Assembly (NCBI GenBank): GCA_947625965.1
Contig: CANQQO010000001.1
Span: forward strand, 60,596 to 124,595
Direction: 5' to 3'
From: an uncultured Oscillospiraceae bacterium
Lineage (GTDB): Bacteria; Bacillota; Clostridia; Oscillospirales; Oscillospiraceae
DNA length: 64,000 nucleotides
The notes below the pieces were generated by a model, which saw only the letters and a list, made by a program, of their open reading frames with translations, was not told where the DNA came from and did no database searches. The translations under genes and the position numbers were made by a program. Below, one piece after another: positions 34,516 to 44,049 of this stretch. Positions within the stretch are counted from its first letter, which is position 1. Each line of letters opens with the position of its first letter.

Positions 34516-37500
34516 ATGCTGCGACTCTTCCTGGGGCCGGACTGGACCGCCAACCGGGACGCGATCCTTTCCCAGGTGGCCGGGGATGTCCGTGAGCGGC
34601 GGGGAGGCCGGGTGCTGATGGTCCCGGAACTCATCAGCCACGATATGGAGCGGCGCCTCTGCGCCTCGGCGGGGGACACCGCCAGCCGCTACGCGGAGGT
34701 TTTGTCCTTCACCCGCCTGGCAAGCCGGGTGGCCGAGGGCCTGGGCGTGGCCGCCGAGACCTGCTTGGACGCCGGGGGCCGGGTGGTGGCCATGGCCGCC
34801 GCCGCCCGCCAGACCCACAGCAGACTGAAAGCCTACGCTGCCCTGGAGACCCGGCCCGAATTTTTGACGAGCCTGGTGGAGGCGGTGGACGAATTTAAGC
34901 GGTGCCGGATCGGGGCCCGGGACCTTCGCCGGGCGGCGGAGCGCCTGGAGGGGAGCCTGGCCCAAAAGCTGGAGGAGCTGGCCCTGCTGATGGAAACCTA
35001 CGACGGCCTCTGCGGCCATGGCCGGCGGGACCCCAGGGACCAGATGAACTGGCTTTTGGAGCAGTTGGAGCGGGGCGATTTCGCCCAGACCCACGTTTTC
35101 TACATAGACGGATTCCCGGACTTCACCCGCCAGCATCTGGCCATCCTGGACCACCTGATCCAAAATGCCCAAAATGTCACCGTCAGCCTGACCTGCGACC
35201 GGCCCGGTTCCGACGCCATGGCCTTTGAAACGGCGGGCCGGACCGCCCGGGAACTGCTTCGCTGCGCCCAGGACGCGGGGGTGGAGACGGAGATCGTTTC
35301 CATCCCGCCCTATTCCACCCCGCTGGCGCCCATGGCCGCCGCGCTCTTCCAGGGGGACCTTCCGGATCTGCCGGACCGAGTCCGGGTCGTCGCCGCCCGG
35401 TCCGCCATGGAGGAGTGCCAGGCGGCGGCGGAGTGCGTTTTGGACCTGGCGGCCTCCGGCTGCCGGTATCGGGACATGGCCGTCGCCTGCGCCGACCTGC
35501 CGGGGACCCGGCAACTTCTGAGTTTGGTCTTCCGCCGCCGGGGGATCCCGCTGTACCTGTCCGGCACGGAGAGCATTTTGAACAAGACGGTGATCTCCTC
35601 CATCCTCACCGCCCTGGACGCGGCCCTGGGAGGCTTCGACCGGCGGGAGGTCCTGCGGTACTTAAAATCCATGGCGTCGCCGCTGTCCCCTGAGGAGGCG
35701 GACCGGGTGGAGAACTACGCCCTTTTGTGGAACATCCAGGGCAGCCGGTGGCTCCGGCCCTGGGAGAATCACCCCGACGGCCTGGGCTGCGAATGGGACG
35801 CCTCTGCCAAGACCCGTCTGGCGGACCTGAACGCCGCCCGGACCCAGGCCCTGGCCCCTCTGGAGCGACTGGCCCAGGGTTTCCGCCGGAGTGAAAACCT
35901 GGCCGGGCAGGTGGAGGCCCTCTATGGCCTCCTGGAGGACCTGGACCTGGGCCGTCGGCTGGACGCCCTGGCCCGGGAGATGGACGCCGCCGGCGACAAC
36001 CGCAGCGCCCAGATCTTAAGCCAGCTCTGGGAGATCCTTTTGACCGCTCTGGAGCAGCTCTATGACGTTCTGGGCCGGACCCAGTGGGAGCCGGAGAGCT
36101 TTACTCGCCTGCTGACCCTGCTTCTGAGCCAGTACGACGTGGGCACCATCCCGCCGGTGCTGGACGCGGTGACCGTCGGGGAGATCAGCGCCATGCGGTG
36201 CCAACAGTGCAGGCACCTGTTCGTCCTCTCCGCCTCCGAGGGAAATCTGCCCCGGTACAGCGGCTCCCGGGGCGTTCTGACGGACCGGGAGCGGGTGACC
36301 CTTCGGGCACTGGGAGTTCCCCTCACCGGCGGGGCTCTGGAGGGGTTACAGGCGGAATTTGCGGAGATCTACGGGGTCTTTGCCGGCGCCTCGGAGACGG
36401 TCATGGTCTCCTGGGCCGGGGACCAGCCCTCCTACCTCTGCCGCCGTTTGGCAAAGATGGCCGGCGGCGAGACCCCTCCGGGCGTTTTGCTGGGCGCGGC
36501 CCGGTCAGATCCCATGGAGGCGGGCGCTTACCTGTCCCGCCGGGGCGGGGAGTCCGCCGCCGAGGCCCTGGGCCTTCTGGGGCCCTACCGGCAGGTCCGG
36601 GAACGGGGCGCTCAGAGCTTGGGAAGCCTGTCGCCGGAGGCGGTCTCGGCCCTCTATGGTCGGGAGCTGAGGCTCTCCGCCTCCCAGATCGACCGGCAGG
36701 CGGAGTGCCGCCTCGCCTATTTCCTCCAATACGGCGTCAAGGTCCGGGAGCGAAAGCCCGCCGCCATCGATCCGGCGGAATTTGGCACCTATGTCCATGC
36801 CGTCCTGGAGCGGACCTGTCGACAGGTGATGGCTCAGGGGGGCTTTGCCCGGGTGAGCCTGGAGGAGACTTTAAGCATCGCCCGCCGCTTTTCGGCGGAG
36901 TACGCCGGGGACCGCTTCGGCCAGTTGGATGCCCGGGCGGCCTACCTGTTCCAACGGAATGGCCGGGAATTGGAGATGGTGGTAGAGGAGCTCTGGCGGG
37001 AATTGAAAGACGCCCAATTTGCCCCTACATTCTTTGAACTGCCCTTCGGCGACCGGGGCCGCCCTCCGGTCAACGCCTCGGGCCGGACCATGGACGCCAT
37101 TCTGCGGGGCGTGGTGGACCGGGTGGACGTGTGGCGGCAGGGAGAGAGCACCTATTTTCGTGTGGTGGACTACAAGACCGGAAAAAAGGACATGGACTAC
37201 TGCGACCTGTACCACGGTCTGGGCCTTCAAATGCTGCTCTACCTCTTCGCTCTGGCGGATACGGGGAGCGGCCTGCTGGGCCCGGACCCCATTCCGGCGG
37301 GGGTGGAGTATTTTCCTGCCCGGGCCCCGGTCCTGCCCGCCGACGGCCGCCTGACGGAGGCGGAGGCGGAGAAGGAGCGGCAGAAGCTCTGGCGCCGCCG
37401 GGGGCTCCTCCTGGGGGAGGAGAAGGTCCTTCAGGCCATGGAGCCGGGGGACCAGCCCAAGCGCCTGTGCTGCAAGCGGGACCGCGGCGGGGACCTCACG

Positions 37501-37755
37501 GGGGACCTGGCGGACCGGACCCAGCTTGCGCTGCTGAAGGACTATGTATTCCGCCTGGTGGGCCGCATGGCCGACGACATTGCCGCCGGGAAGGTGGCGC
37601 CCAACCCCTACGCCCGGGGGACCAGCCATGACGCCTGCGCTTTCTGCCCCTACGGCTCCGTGTGCCGGGGAACGGGGGAGCGGCGGAACTTCAAAAAAAT
37701 GGAGGCCTCGGAATTTTGGGAGGCCCTGGAAAAGGAGGCGGAGACCCATGGCTGA
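34516..37755 (+). CDS. addB: helicase-exonuclease AddAB, subunit B
   Basis: Size and position upstream of addA. C-terminal nuclease/Fe-S cluster cysteines (CAFCPYGSVC). Confidence 0.9.
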   Translation: MLRLFLGPDWTANRDAILSQVAGDVRERRGGRVLMVPELISHDMERRLCASAGDTASRYAEVLSFTRLASRVAEGLGVAAETCLDAGGRVVAMAAAARQTHSRLKAYAALETRPEFLTSLVEAVDEFKRCRIGARDLRRAAERLEGSLAQKLEELALLMETYDGLCGHGRRDPRDQMNWLLEQLERGDFAQTHVFYIDGFPDFTRQHLAILDHLIQNAQNVTVSLTCDRPGSDAMAFETAGRTARELLRCAQDAGVETEIVSIPPYSTPLAPMAAALFQGDLPDLPDRVRVVAARSAMEECQAAAECVLDLAASGCRYRDMAVACADLPGTRQLLSLVFRRRGIPLYLSGTESILNKTVISSILTALDAALGGFDRREVLRYLKSMASPLSPEEADRVENYALLWNIQGSRWLRPWENHPDGLGCEWDASAKTRLADLNAARTQALAPLERLAQGFRRSENLAGQVEALYGLLEDLDLGRRLDALAREMDAAGDNRSAQILSQLWEILLTALEQLYDVLGRTQWEPESFTRLLTLLLSQYDVGTIPPVLDAVTVGEISAMRCQQCRHLFVLSASEGNLPRYSGSRGVLTDRERVTLRALGVPLTGGALEGLQAEFAEIYGVFAGASETVMVSWAGDQPSYLCRRLAKMAGGETPPGVLLGAARSDPMEAGAYLSRRGGESAAEALGLLGPYRQVRERGAQSLGSLSPEAVSALYGRELRLSASQIDRQAECRLAYFLQYGVKVRERKPAAIDPAEFGTYVHAVLERTCRQVMAQGGFARVSLEETLSIARRFSAEYAGDRFGQLDARAAYLFQRNGRELEMVVEELWRELKDAQFAPTFFELPFGDRGRPPVNASGRTMDAILRGVVDRVDVWRQGESTYFRVVDYKTGKKDMDYCDLYHGLGLQMLLYLFALADTGSGLLGPDPIPAGVEYFPARAPVLPADGRLTEAEAEKERQKLWRRRGLLLGEEKVLQAMEPGDQPKRLCCKRDRGGDLTGDLADRTQLALLKDYVFRLVGRMADDIAAGKVAPNPYARGTSHDACAFCPYGSVCRGTGERRNFKKMEASEFWEALEKEAETHG

Positions 37756-40700
37756 GACACTGACCCCTCAACAGGCCCAGGCGGTGGGGGACCGGGGCGG
37801 CAGGCTGCTGGTCTCCGCCGCCGCCGGCTCCGGGAAGACCAAGGTCCTGGTGGACCGGCTGGTGAGCTACCTGACGGATCCAGTCCGGCCCGCCGATATT
37901 GACGAATTCTGCGTCATTACTTACACCAACGCCGCCGCTTCGGAGCTCCGGGGCAAGATCGCCGCCCGGCTGACGGCCTATGTCAGCGAGCACCCGGAAA
38001 ACCGCCATATGCGCCGCCAGCTTCAGCGGCTTTACTTAACGAAGATCTCTACCGTCCACGGCTTCTGTGCCGAGGTCCTCCGGGAGTACGCCTATCGGCT
38101 GGATCTTCCGGCGGATTTCCGGGTGGCGGATGAAAACGAGTGCCGGGAGTTGCGGGAGACGGTCCTTTCCGGATTGCTGGAGCGGACCTACGAAAACGCG
38201 GCGGAGGACGATGCCTTTCGCGCTTTCGTGGACACCCAGGGTTTGGGCCGGGACGACGCTCTGATCCCCGGCCTGATCCTCAAGGTTTATGACAGCGCCC
38301 GCTGCCACCTGGACCCGGAGGGGTGGCTGACCGCCTGCTCCGCCCAGGGCCTGACTGGCGGCGTGACCGACGCCGCCCAGACCCCCTGGGGCGAATTTCT
38401 GATGGAGGACCTGCAGGCGTTCCTGGACCAGCGGATCGGGGCCCTGGGAAACTGCGCCAGGGCCGCCGGAGAAACGCCGGGCTGGGAAAAGGTGGCGGCG
38501 CTGCTGAATGACACGGTCCTCCAGCTCAAAGCCCTCCGCGCCCAGGGGACCTGGGACGGAGTCCGGGCCTGCCAGGTGGATTTCGGGACCCTCCGTTTTC
38601 CCAAGAAGGATCCCGACGAGCGCCTCGCCGCCCGGATCAAGGCCATCCGGGAGGACTGCAAGGAGGGGCTGAAAGCCAAGCTGCGGGCCTTCTCCGACGA
38701 CAGCCGCCAAGTCCTGTCGGACCTGGCGGAGACGGGACCGGCCGCCAAGGGCTTGACGGACCTGGTCCGCCGGTTCTCCCAGGAATATGACCGGGCCAAG
38801 GCCGCCCGGCGGGTCCTGGACTTTGCGGACCTGGAGCAGCGGACCCTGGACCTGCTCCTGGGGACCCGCCGCGCCGGCCCCACCGCGGCGGCCAGAGAGG
38901 TGGGCGGCAAGTTCCGGGAGGTGATGGTGGACGAGTACCAGGACACCAACGCCGTCCAGGACGCCATCTTCTCCGCCCTCACCGATCAGCGGAAAAATCT
39001 CTTCCTGGTGGGGGACGTGAAACAGTCCATTTACCAATTCCGCCTGGCGGACCCCGCCATTTTCCTGGAAAAATACAACGCCTTCGCCCCGGCTCCCGTT
39101 TCTTCGGACCGGGACCGGAAGGTGCTTCTGAGTCAGAATTTCCGCTCCGGCGGGCCGGTTTTGGAGGCGGTGAACCATGTCTTTTCCGCCTGCATGACCG
39201 AATCGCTGGGAGGTCTGGACTACACCGACGCCGAGGCACTGAAGGAGGGCCTGCCCCATCCTCCCCTTGGAGAGCCGGAGGTGGAGCTCCACGTTCTGGA
39301 AACCTCCGAGGATACCTACGCCCAGGAGGCGGAGTACGTGGCGGACCGGCTGGCGGAGCTGCTGGATGGGACCCACATGGTCCGCGATGGAGAGACATTA
39401 CGGCCTGCGGTTCCACAGGACGTGGCCATTTTGCTTCGCTCCCCCAATGCCGTGGGTCCCCTCTACCGGCAGGCGCTGGAGCGGCGGGGGATCCCCTGCG
39501 TCTCCGGGGCGGGCCGGGACCTTCTGAAGACCCCCGAGGTGACGGTGCTCCGCTCCCTTTTGCAGACCGTCAGCAATCCCCGGCAGGACATCCCGCTGGC
39601 CGCCTGCCTGTGCAGTCCCGCCTTCGGCTTCACGGCGGAGGACCTGGCCCAGGCCCGGGCCGGGTGCCGGGAGGGGAGTCTGTACGACGCGCTGAGGAGG
39701 GAGCCTTCTCCCAAGGCGGGGGCCTTTTTCGACACGCTCGACGCGCTCCGCCGGACCGCCCGAATGGAGAGCCTGACGGACCTGCTGGAGGCGGTGTTTG
39801 CCAGGACCAGGCTGGACAGCGTTTTATCCGCCCAGCCCGGCGGGGAGGAAATGGCGGAGAATTTGCAGACCTTCTATCACGTCGCGGCGGACTTTGAGGG
39901 CAGGGGCCGCAGAGATTTGGAATCCTTCCTGGCCTACCTGGACGCCATGGAGGATAAGGGACTGGTCCTCACCGGACAGGCCCCCGGCGGCAGCGTCACC
40001 CTCATGAGCATCCATAAATCCAAGGGCCTGGAATTTCCCGTGGTCTTTCTCTGCGGTCTGGCCCGGAGCTTCAACCTGGAGAGCGCCCGAGCCCAGGTGC
40101 TCTGCGACAAGGACCTGGGACTGGGATTGAGCTGCGTAGACCGGCGGAGCCGGGTCCGCTATCCCTCCGTTTCCCGGCGGGCCATCGCCGCGAAGATCGT
40201 GGACGCCACCCGGTCCGAGGAGCTGCGGGTCCTCTACGTGGCCATGACCCGGGCCAGGGACCGCCTGATCATGACCTACGCAGCCAAACGGCCCGAGGCG
40301 GCCCTGGAGAGGATCGCCCTGCGCCGGGACCTGGGGGGAAGAGAGGCCCTTGCCGCCTCCGCCTCCTGCCTGGGGGATTGGGTCCTTCTGGCCGCCATGG
40401 AGAGGACGGAGGCGGGAGCGCTGTTCGCTCTGAGCGGACAGCCGGACTGCACGCGCCCCGGTACTCCGCCCTGGAGGATCGTCGCGGCCCAGGCGCCCGC
40501 CCTGTCCGCGCCGGAAACCGGGGCGGAGGCCCCCGCCGGCGACGTCGACGAGGAGACGCTGGATCTTCTTCGCCGGTCACTTGCTTTCCGGTATCCCCAT
40601 CTGGCCGCCACACAGGCGCCCTCCAAGCAGACCGCCACCCAGCGGAAGGGTCGGGAAAAGGACCAGGAGGCGGCGGAAAACGCCCAGGAGCCTCCCACGC

Positions 40701-41248
40701 CCCAGCGGACTTGGCGGCAGCCCTCCTTTCTAAAATCGGCACAGGGAAAGGAACGGGGCAGCGCCGTCCACCTGGCCCTGCAATATATCGACTACGGAAA
40801 ATGCGGCGGCCTGTCCGGCGTAAAGGCGGAGCTGGAGCGTCTGAAGGAGGCCGGTTTTCTGACGGAGGACCAGGCCGCCGCCGTGGACCCCGGAAAGCTG
40901 GTCCGCTTCTTCCAGTCTGAATTGGGCGTCCGGGTCCGGGCCTGTCCAAAGGTCCTCCGGGAGTTCAAATTCTCCATCCTGGACGACGGGAAGGTCCTCT
41001 CTCCCGACCTTGAAGGGGAGAAGATCCTCCTGCAGGGCGTGGTGGACTGCGCACTTTTGGAGAAGGACGGGATCACGGTCCTGGATTTTAAGACCGATCA
41101 CGTCTCCCCGGACCGCCTGGCCCTGACGGTGGAACGGTATCGCCCCCAGGTGGAGGCATACGCCTCGGCCCTGGAACGGATCTTTGAATCCCGGGTCCAG
41201 GCAAAGTATCTCTATTTCTTCCACCTGGATCGGACGGTGGCGCTGTAA
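37748..41248 (+). CDS. addA: helicase-exonuclease AddAB, subunit A
   Basis: Starts MAETLTPQQAQAV...VSAAAGSGKT. VDEYQDTN, SIHKSKGLEF, YVAMTRAR. C-terminal RecB-type nuclease (GVVDC...DFKTD). Overlaps the addB stop. Confidence 0.9.
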   Translation: MAETLTPQQAQAVGDRGGRLLVSAAAGSGKTKVLVDRLVSYLTDPVRPADIDEFCVITYTNAAASELRGKIAARLTAYVSEHPENRHMRRQLQRLYLTKISTVHGFCAEVLREYAYRLDLPADFRVADENECRELRETVLSGLLERTYENAAEDDAFRAFVDTQGLGRDDALIPGLILKVYDSARCHLDPEGWLTACSAQGLTGGVTDAAQTPWGEFLMEDLQAFLDQRIGALGNCARAAGETPGWEKVAALLNDTVLQLKALRAQGTWDGVRACQVDFGTLRFPKKDPDERLAARIKAIREDCKEGLKAKLRAFSDDSRQVLSDLAETGPAAKGLTDLVRRFSQEYDRAKAARRVLDFADLEQRTLDLLLGTRRAGPTAAAREVGGKFREVMVDEYQDTNAVQDAIFSALTDQRKNLFLVGDVKQSIYQFRLADPAIFLEKYNAFAPAPVSSDRDRKVLLSQNFRSGGPVLEAVNHVFSACMTESLGGLDYTDAEALKEGLPHPPLGEPEVELHVLETSEDTYAQEAEYVADRLAELLDGTHMVRDGETLRPAVPQDVAILLRSPNAVGPLYRQALERRGIPCVSGAGRDLLKTPEVTVLRSLLQTVSNPRQDIPLAACLCSPAFGFTAEDLAQARAGCREGSLYDALRREPSPKAGAFFDTLDALRRTARMESLTDLLEAVFARTRLDSVLSAQPGGEEMAENLQTFYHVAADFEGRGRRDLESFLAYLDAMEDKGLVLTGQAPGGSVTLMSIHKSKGLEFPVVFLCGLARSFNLESARAQVLCDKDLGLGLSCVDRRSRVRYPSVSRRAIAAKIVDATRSEELRVLYVAMTRARDRLIMTYAAKRPEAALERIALRRDLGGREALAASASCLGDWVLLAAMERTEAGALFALSGQPDCTRPGTPPWRIVAAQAPALSAPETGAEAPAGDVDEETLDLLRRSLAFRYPHLAATQAPSKQTATQRKGREKDQEAAENAQEPPTPQRTWRQPSFLKSAQGKERGSAVHLALQYIDYGKCGGLSGVKAELERLKEAGFLTEDQAAAVDPGKLVRFFQSELGVRVRACPKVLREFKFSILDDGKVLSPDLEGEKILLQGVVDCALLEKDGITVLDFKTDHVSPDRLALTVERYRPQVEAYASALERIFESRVQAKYLYFFHLDRTVAL

Positions 41249-41258
41249 AGAGGCGTTT

Positions 41259-41549
41259 ATGGAAAGACATCTATTTGGCTATCGGGTGGGTCTGGACCCC
41301 GAGGCAACAAGAGCCTGGTATCGAATCGGGGACCGCTGGGACTGCGGCTGCGGCCACTGTCGGAATTTTCTGGCCCTGGCCAGGCACCGCCAACTGCCGG
41401 GGGAGGTCCTGGAAGAACCGGACAAATGTAGAAACGGCATGGCGACCCGCCATGCCGTTCCCGAGGCTGTCAAAAACAAAGGTTTTTGGCAGCCTCCCAA
41501 ATGGGACCCCCTTCGCTGGGTTCCCATTTGGAGGGGAATCCCAGGCTGA
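41259..41549 (+). pseudogene. small Cys-rich ORF whose 3' third is supplied by repeat copy C (possibly a disrupted gene)
   Basis: MERHLFGYRVGLDPEATRAWYRIGDRWDCGCGHCRNF... reads through a hairpin (41433-41459) into the repeat. No clear RBS. Confidence 0.3.
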
Positions 41550-41667
41550 CCCGCGCACGCGTTCAGACCAGAAATATTTTCCGCCACGTACACGCCGCAG
41601 CGGAAAATGATTGAATCTCTTTGCAGCCTGCTTATCGGCAAACGCGGAAAGGCGATTTGATAAGCTG
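41463..41667 (-). repeat. multi-hairpin intergenic repeat, copy C (reverse orientation, most diverged)
   Basis: Retains GTCAAAAAC-type and CCAAATGGGA/TCCCATTTGG hairpins and the GATTGAAT spacer. The first hairpin is degraded. Flanking hairpins (41433-41459 and 41668-41690) differ from each other. Confidence 0.75.
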
Positions 41668-41701
41668 CCCCCGCCGGGTCCCGGCGGGGGTGAGCGTTTT
41701 G

Positions 41702-41830
41702 TTACCGGCTGTTCCGGCTCTGGCTGCTCTGGTTCTGGCTGTTCTGGTTCTGATTCTGGCTGTTCTGATTCTGGTTCTGGTTCTGGTTGCTGTTCTTGTT
41801 CTGGTTCTGATTCTGATTCTGGTTATTCAT
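41702..41830 (-). CDS. Asn/Gln-repeat small protein (42 aa) downstream of spoVAE
   Basis: GGAGGA sits 9 nt before the ATG. MNNQNQNQNQNKNSNQNQNQNQNSQNQNQNSQNQSSQSRNSR*. Same strand as the spoVA genes, 63 nt after spoVAE. Confidence 0.5.
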   Translation of the reverse strand: MNNQNQNQNQNKNSNQNQNQNQNSQNQNQNSQNQSSQSRNSR

Positions 41831-41893
41831 TGTGATGGTCCTCCAAAAGTTGGTTTTTACGGCTGAGCCGCTATCCGAAGTTTGCCCCAAAAC

Positions 41894-42250
41894 TCAGGAT
41901 TTATCCTTTGCTTTGAAAAAAAGACTGGCCAGCAGTCCGGCGGCCACCGCCGCCGTCACGCCGCCCGCCGTGGCCTTGAGGCCGCCGGTGAGAACGCCCA
42001 GGAATCCGTCCTGAGCGACCGCTTCCTTTACGCCCTTGGCGAGATTGTAGCCAAAGCCCGTCAGGGGGACCGTGGCCCCGGCTCCGGCCCAGTCCACCAA
42101 GGGCTGGTAGAGGCCGACGGCCCCCAGGATCACCCCGGCCACCACGTAGCTGACCAGAATCCGGGCGGGGGTCAGCTTGGTCTTGTCAATGAGAAGCTGA
42201 CCGATGAGGCATAAAAGACCGCCTACCAAAAACGCTTTCAAATAATCCAT
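41894..42250 (-). CDS. spoVAE: stage V sporulation protein AE
   Basis: MDYLKAFLVGGLLCLIGQLLID... Membrane protein of 118 aa with the typical SpoVAE(B) length and sequence. Confidence 0.9.
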   Translation of the reverse strand: MDYLKAFLVGGLLCLIGQLLIDKTKLTPARILVSYVVAGVILGAVGLYQPLVDWAGAGATVPLTGFGYNLAKGVKEAVAQDGFLGVLTGGLKATAGGVTAAVAAGLLASLFFKAKDKS

Positions 42251-42251
42251 C

Positions 42252-43271
42252 TCAATTTCTCCTTCCGCTGATGGCGACGGCGTGACACACGCCGGGAATG
42301 GGCAGACCTTGCTGGGTGGAGGTGGGGGAGAGTAGAGCGCCGGTGCCGCAGAACAAGATCTTTTTCAGCTTTCCACTGTTGAGCTGCCCCAGCAGACTGC
42401 CGCAGAGGGTGATGGCGCTGCACCCGCAGCCGGAGCCGCCGGCGTGGACGTCCTGCTTGGTGTTGTCGAAGACCATGCAGCCGCAGTCCGCGATCTTGCC
42501 CCCCAGACTGAGGCCCTGCTCCCGAGCCAGGCTCAGGAGCAGCTCCTTGCCCAACTGGCCCAGATCGCCGGTGACGATGAGGTCAAAGTCCTCCGGGCCG
42601 GTGCCGGTGTCGGCAAAGTGGGCCTTGATGGTGTCCAGCGCCGCCGGAGCCATTGCCGCGCCCATGTTGTTGGCGTCCTTAACGCCTAGGTCCTGGACGG
42701 AGCCCACGGTGCAGGCCACGATTTTGGGACCGTTTCCCTGGGGCGTGACCAGGGCGGCCCCGGAGCCGGTGACGGTCCACTGGGCGGTGGGGGTCCGCTG
42801 CCCGCCGTAGCCCAGGGGAAAGCGGTACTGCCGCTCCGAGGAGGCAAAGTGGGAGGAGGTCATGGCCACCACCCGGTCAAAAAATCCGCCGCTCACCGCC
42901 ATGGCCGACAAAAGCAGGCTCTCCGCCATGGTGGAGCAGGCGCCGTAGAGCCCCAGATGGGGGATGCCGGTGTTCCGCAGGCTGAAGGAGGAGCCAATGC
43001 ACTGGTTCAGCAGATCCCCGGAGAACACCAGGTCGAAGCCGTCCTCGTCCAGCCCAGCCTTTTTGGCCAGGGTCTCCAGGGCGAGCTGCTGCATCCGTTT
43101 TTCGGCCTGCTCCCAGGTTTTTTGGCCGAAATAGGAGTCCTGCTCCGTCAAATCGAAGCACCCGGCCAGAGGTCCTTCGCTCTCTTTTTTTCCCGCCACG
43201 CTGGCCCAGGCGGAGATCACCGGCGGCTGCTCCGGCACGAAGCTCTGCCGCCCACGTTTCCATTTTCCCAT
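42252..43271 (-). CDS. spoVAD: stage V sporulation protein AD
   Basis: Thiolase-like fold. GLYGACST and GSGCGCSA motifs are typical of SpoVAD. Confidence 0.9.
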   Translation of the reverse strand: MGKWKRGRQSFVPEQPPVISAWASVAGKKESEGPLAGCFDLTEQDSYFGQKTWEQAEKRMQQLALETLAKKAGLDEDGFDLVFSGDLLNQCIGSSFSLRNTGIPHLGLYGACSTMAESLLLSAMAVSGGFFDRVVAMTSSHFASSERQYRFPLGYGGQRTPTAQWTVTGSGAALVTPQGNGPKIVACTVGSVQDLGVKDANNMGAAMAPAALDTIKAHFADTGTGPEDFDLIVTGDLGQLGKELLLSLAREQGLSLGGKIADCGCMVFDNTKQDVHAGGSGCGCSAITLCGSLLGQLNSGKLKKILFCGTGALLSPTSTQQGLPIPGVCHAVAISGRRN

Positions 43272-43374
43272 GGACGCACCTTCCTTGTTGGTTTTCCCTA
43301 GTATGCGCGGCGAACGGGAAAATAAACAGTTTTATGTAAACTTATAAATCGCTTATCAAAAATCGGCGAAGCAC

Positions 43375-43416
43375 AAAAAACGGCCCGGCGGAGAAAATGC
43401 CTTCCCCGCCGGGCGG
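43375..43416 (-). terminator. intrinsic terminator after pcp
   Basis: Minus strand: CCCGGCGGGG...CTCCGCCGGG hairpin followed by CCGTTTTTTG. Confidence 0.7.
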
Positions 43417-43421
43417 AAAAA

Positions 43422-44003
43422 CTATGAAAGTGCCTCCGCGATGACTTGGAGCCCGATCTCCAGGCCCCGGCAAATTTGCGGGAAGGGCACGGCGGTTTCC
43501 CTGGGTACATGGAGAAAGCCGCCCAGTCGGGGCCGGCCCCCCGCCGCTATGGCGGACAGGAGCCCGTACATCACCCGGTTGCAGACGAAGGTCCCGGCGG
43601 AGCCGCTGACCCGCGCCGGGATCCCGGCGGCGGACATGGCCTCCGCCATTTTTTCTACAGGCAGATCGGAGAACAGGCTCTCCGGCCCGCCGGGCAGGAT
43701 GGGCTGGCCGTCGCGAAAGACGCCGGCGTTGTCGGCAATTTTTGACGCCATACGGTTCACCGCCCTCCGCTCCGGGGTCAGGCAGTCCCGGTTCGCCGCC
43801 AGTCCGACGCAGAGGACGGCGTCGGGGTCCTCCGCCTCCATCAGAGACAGAAGGACCGGCATGACTCCGTCGTACTCTACTGGCAGGCGGGCGGTGACGA
43901 TCTCCGCCCCGAAAAGCGCGGCGGGAAGCGCCCGCACCGCCTCCCAGGAGACGTTTCTCGTTTCCCCGCCGAAGGGCTCGAAGCCCGTTACCAGGAATCG
44001 CAT
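43422..44003 (-). CDS. pcp: pyroglutamyl-peptidase I
   Basis: MRFLVTGFEPFGGETRN... and SAGTFVCN (Cys nucleophile context). Confidence 0.95.
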   Translation of the reverse strand: MRFLVTGFEPFGGETRNVSWEAVRALPAALFGAEIVTARLPVEYDGVMPVLLSLMEAEDPDAVLCVGLAANRDCLTPERRAVNRMASKIADNAGVFRDGQPILPGGPESLFSDLPVEKMAEAMSAAGIPARVSGSAGTFVCNRVMYGLLSAIAAGGRPRLGGFLHVPRETAVPFPQICRGLEIGLQVIAEALS

Positions 44004-44049
44004 TTTTCTCCTTTCTACAACGGGATCCCCGCCTCCGGCGGGGGATCGT

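Noticed and set aside
41702-41830. Treating the (CTGGTT)n array as a non-coding microsatellite
   Set aside because: Not fully rejected. The presence of a well-spaced GGAGGA RBS, an ATG, an uninterrupted frame and a following hairpin made a small CDS the better description. Confidence is kept at 0.5.
43272-43345. Sigma-G promoter call upstream of spoVAD
   Set aside because: Only the -10 (CATACTA) matches and the -35 is poor. This is too weak to list as a feature, so it is mentioned only within a finding.
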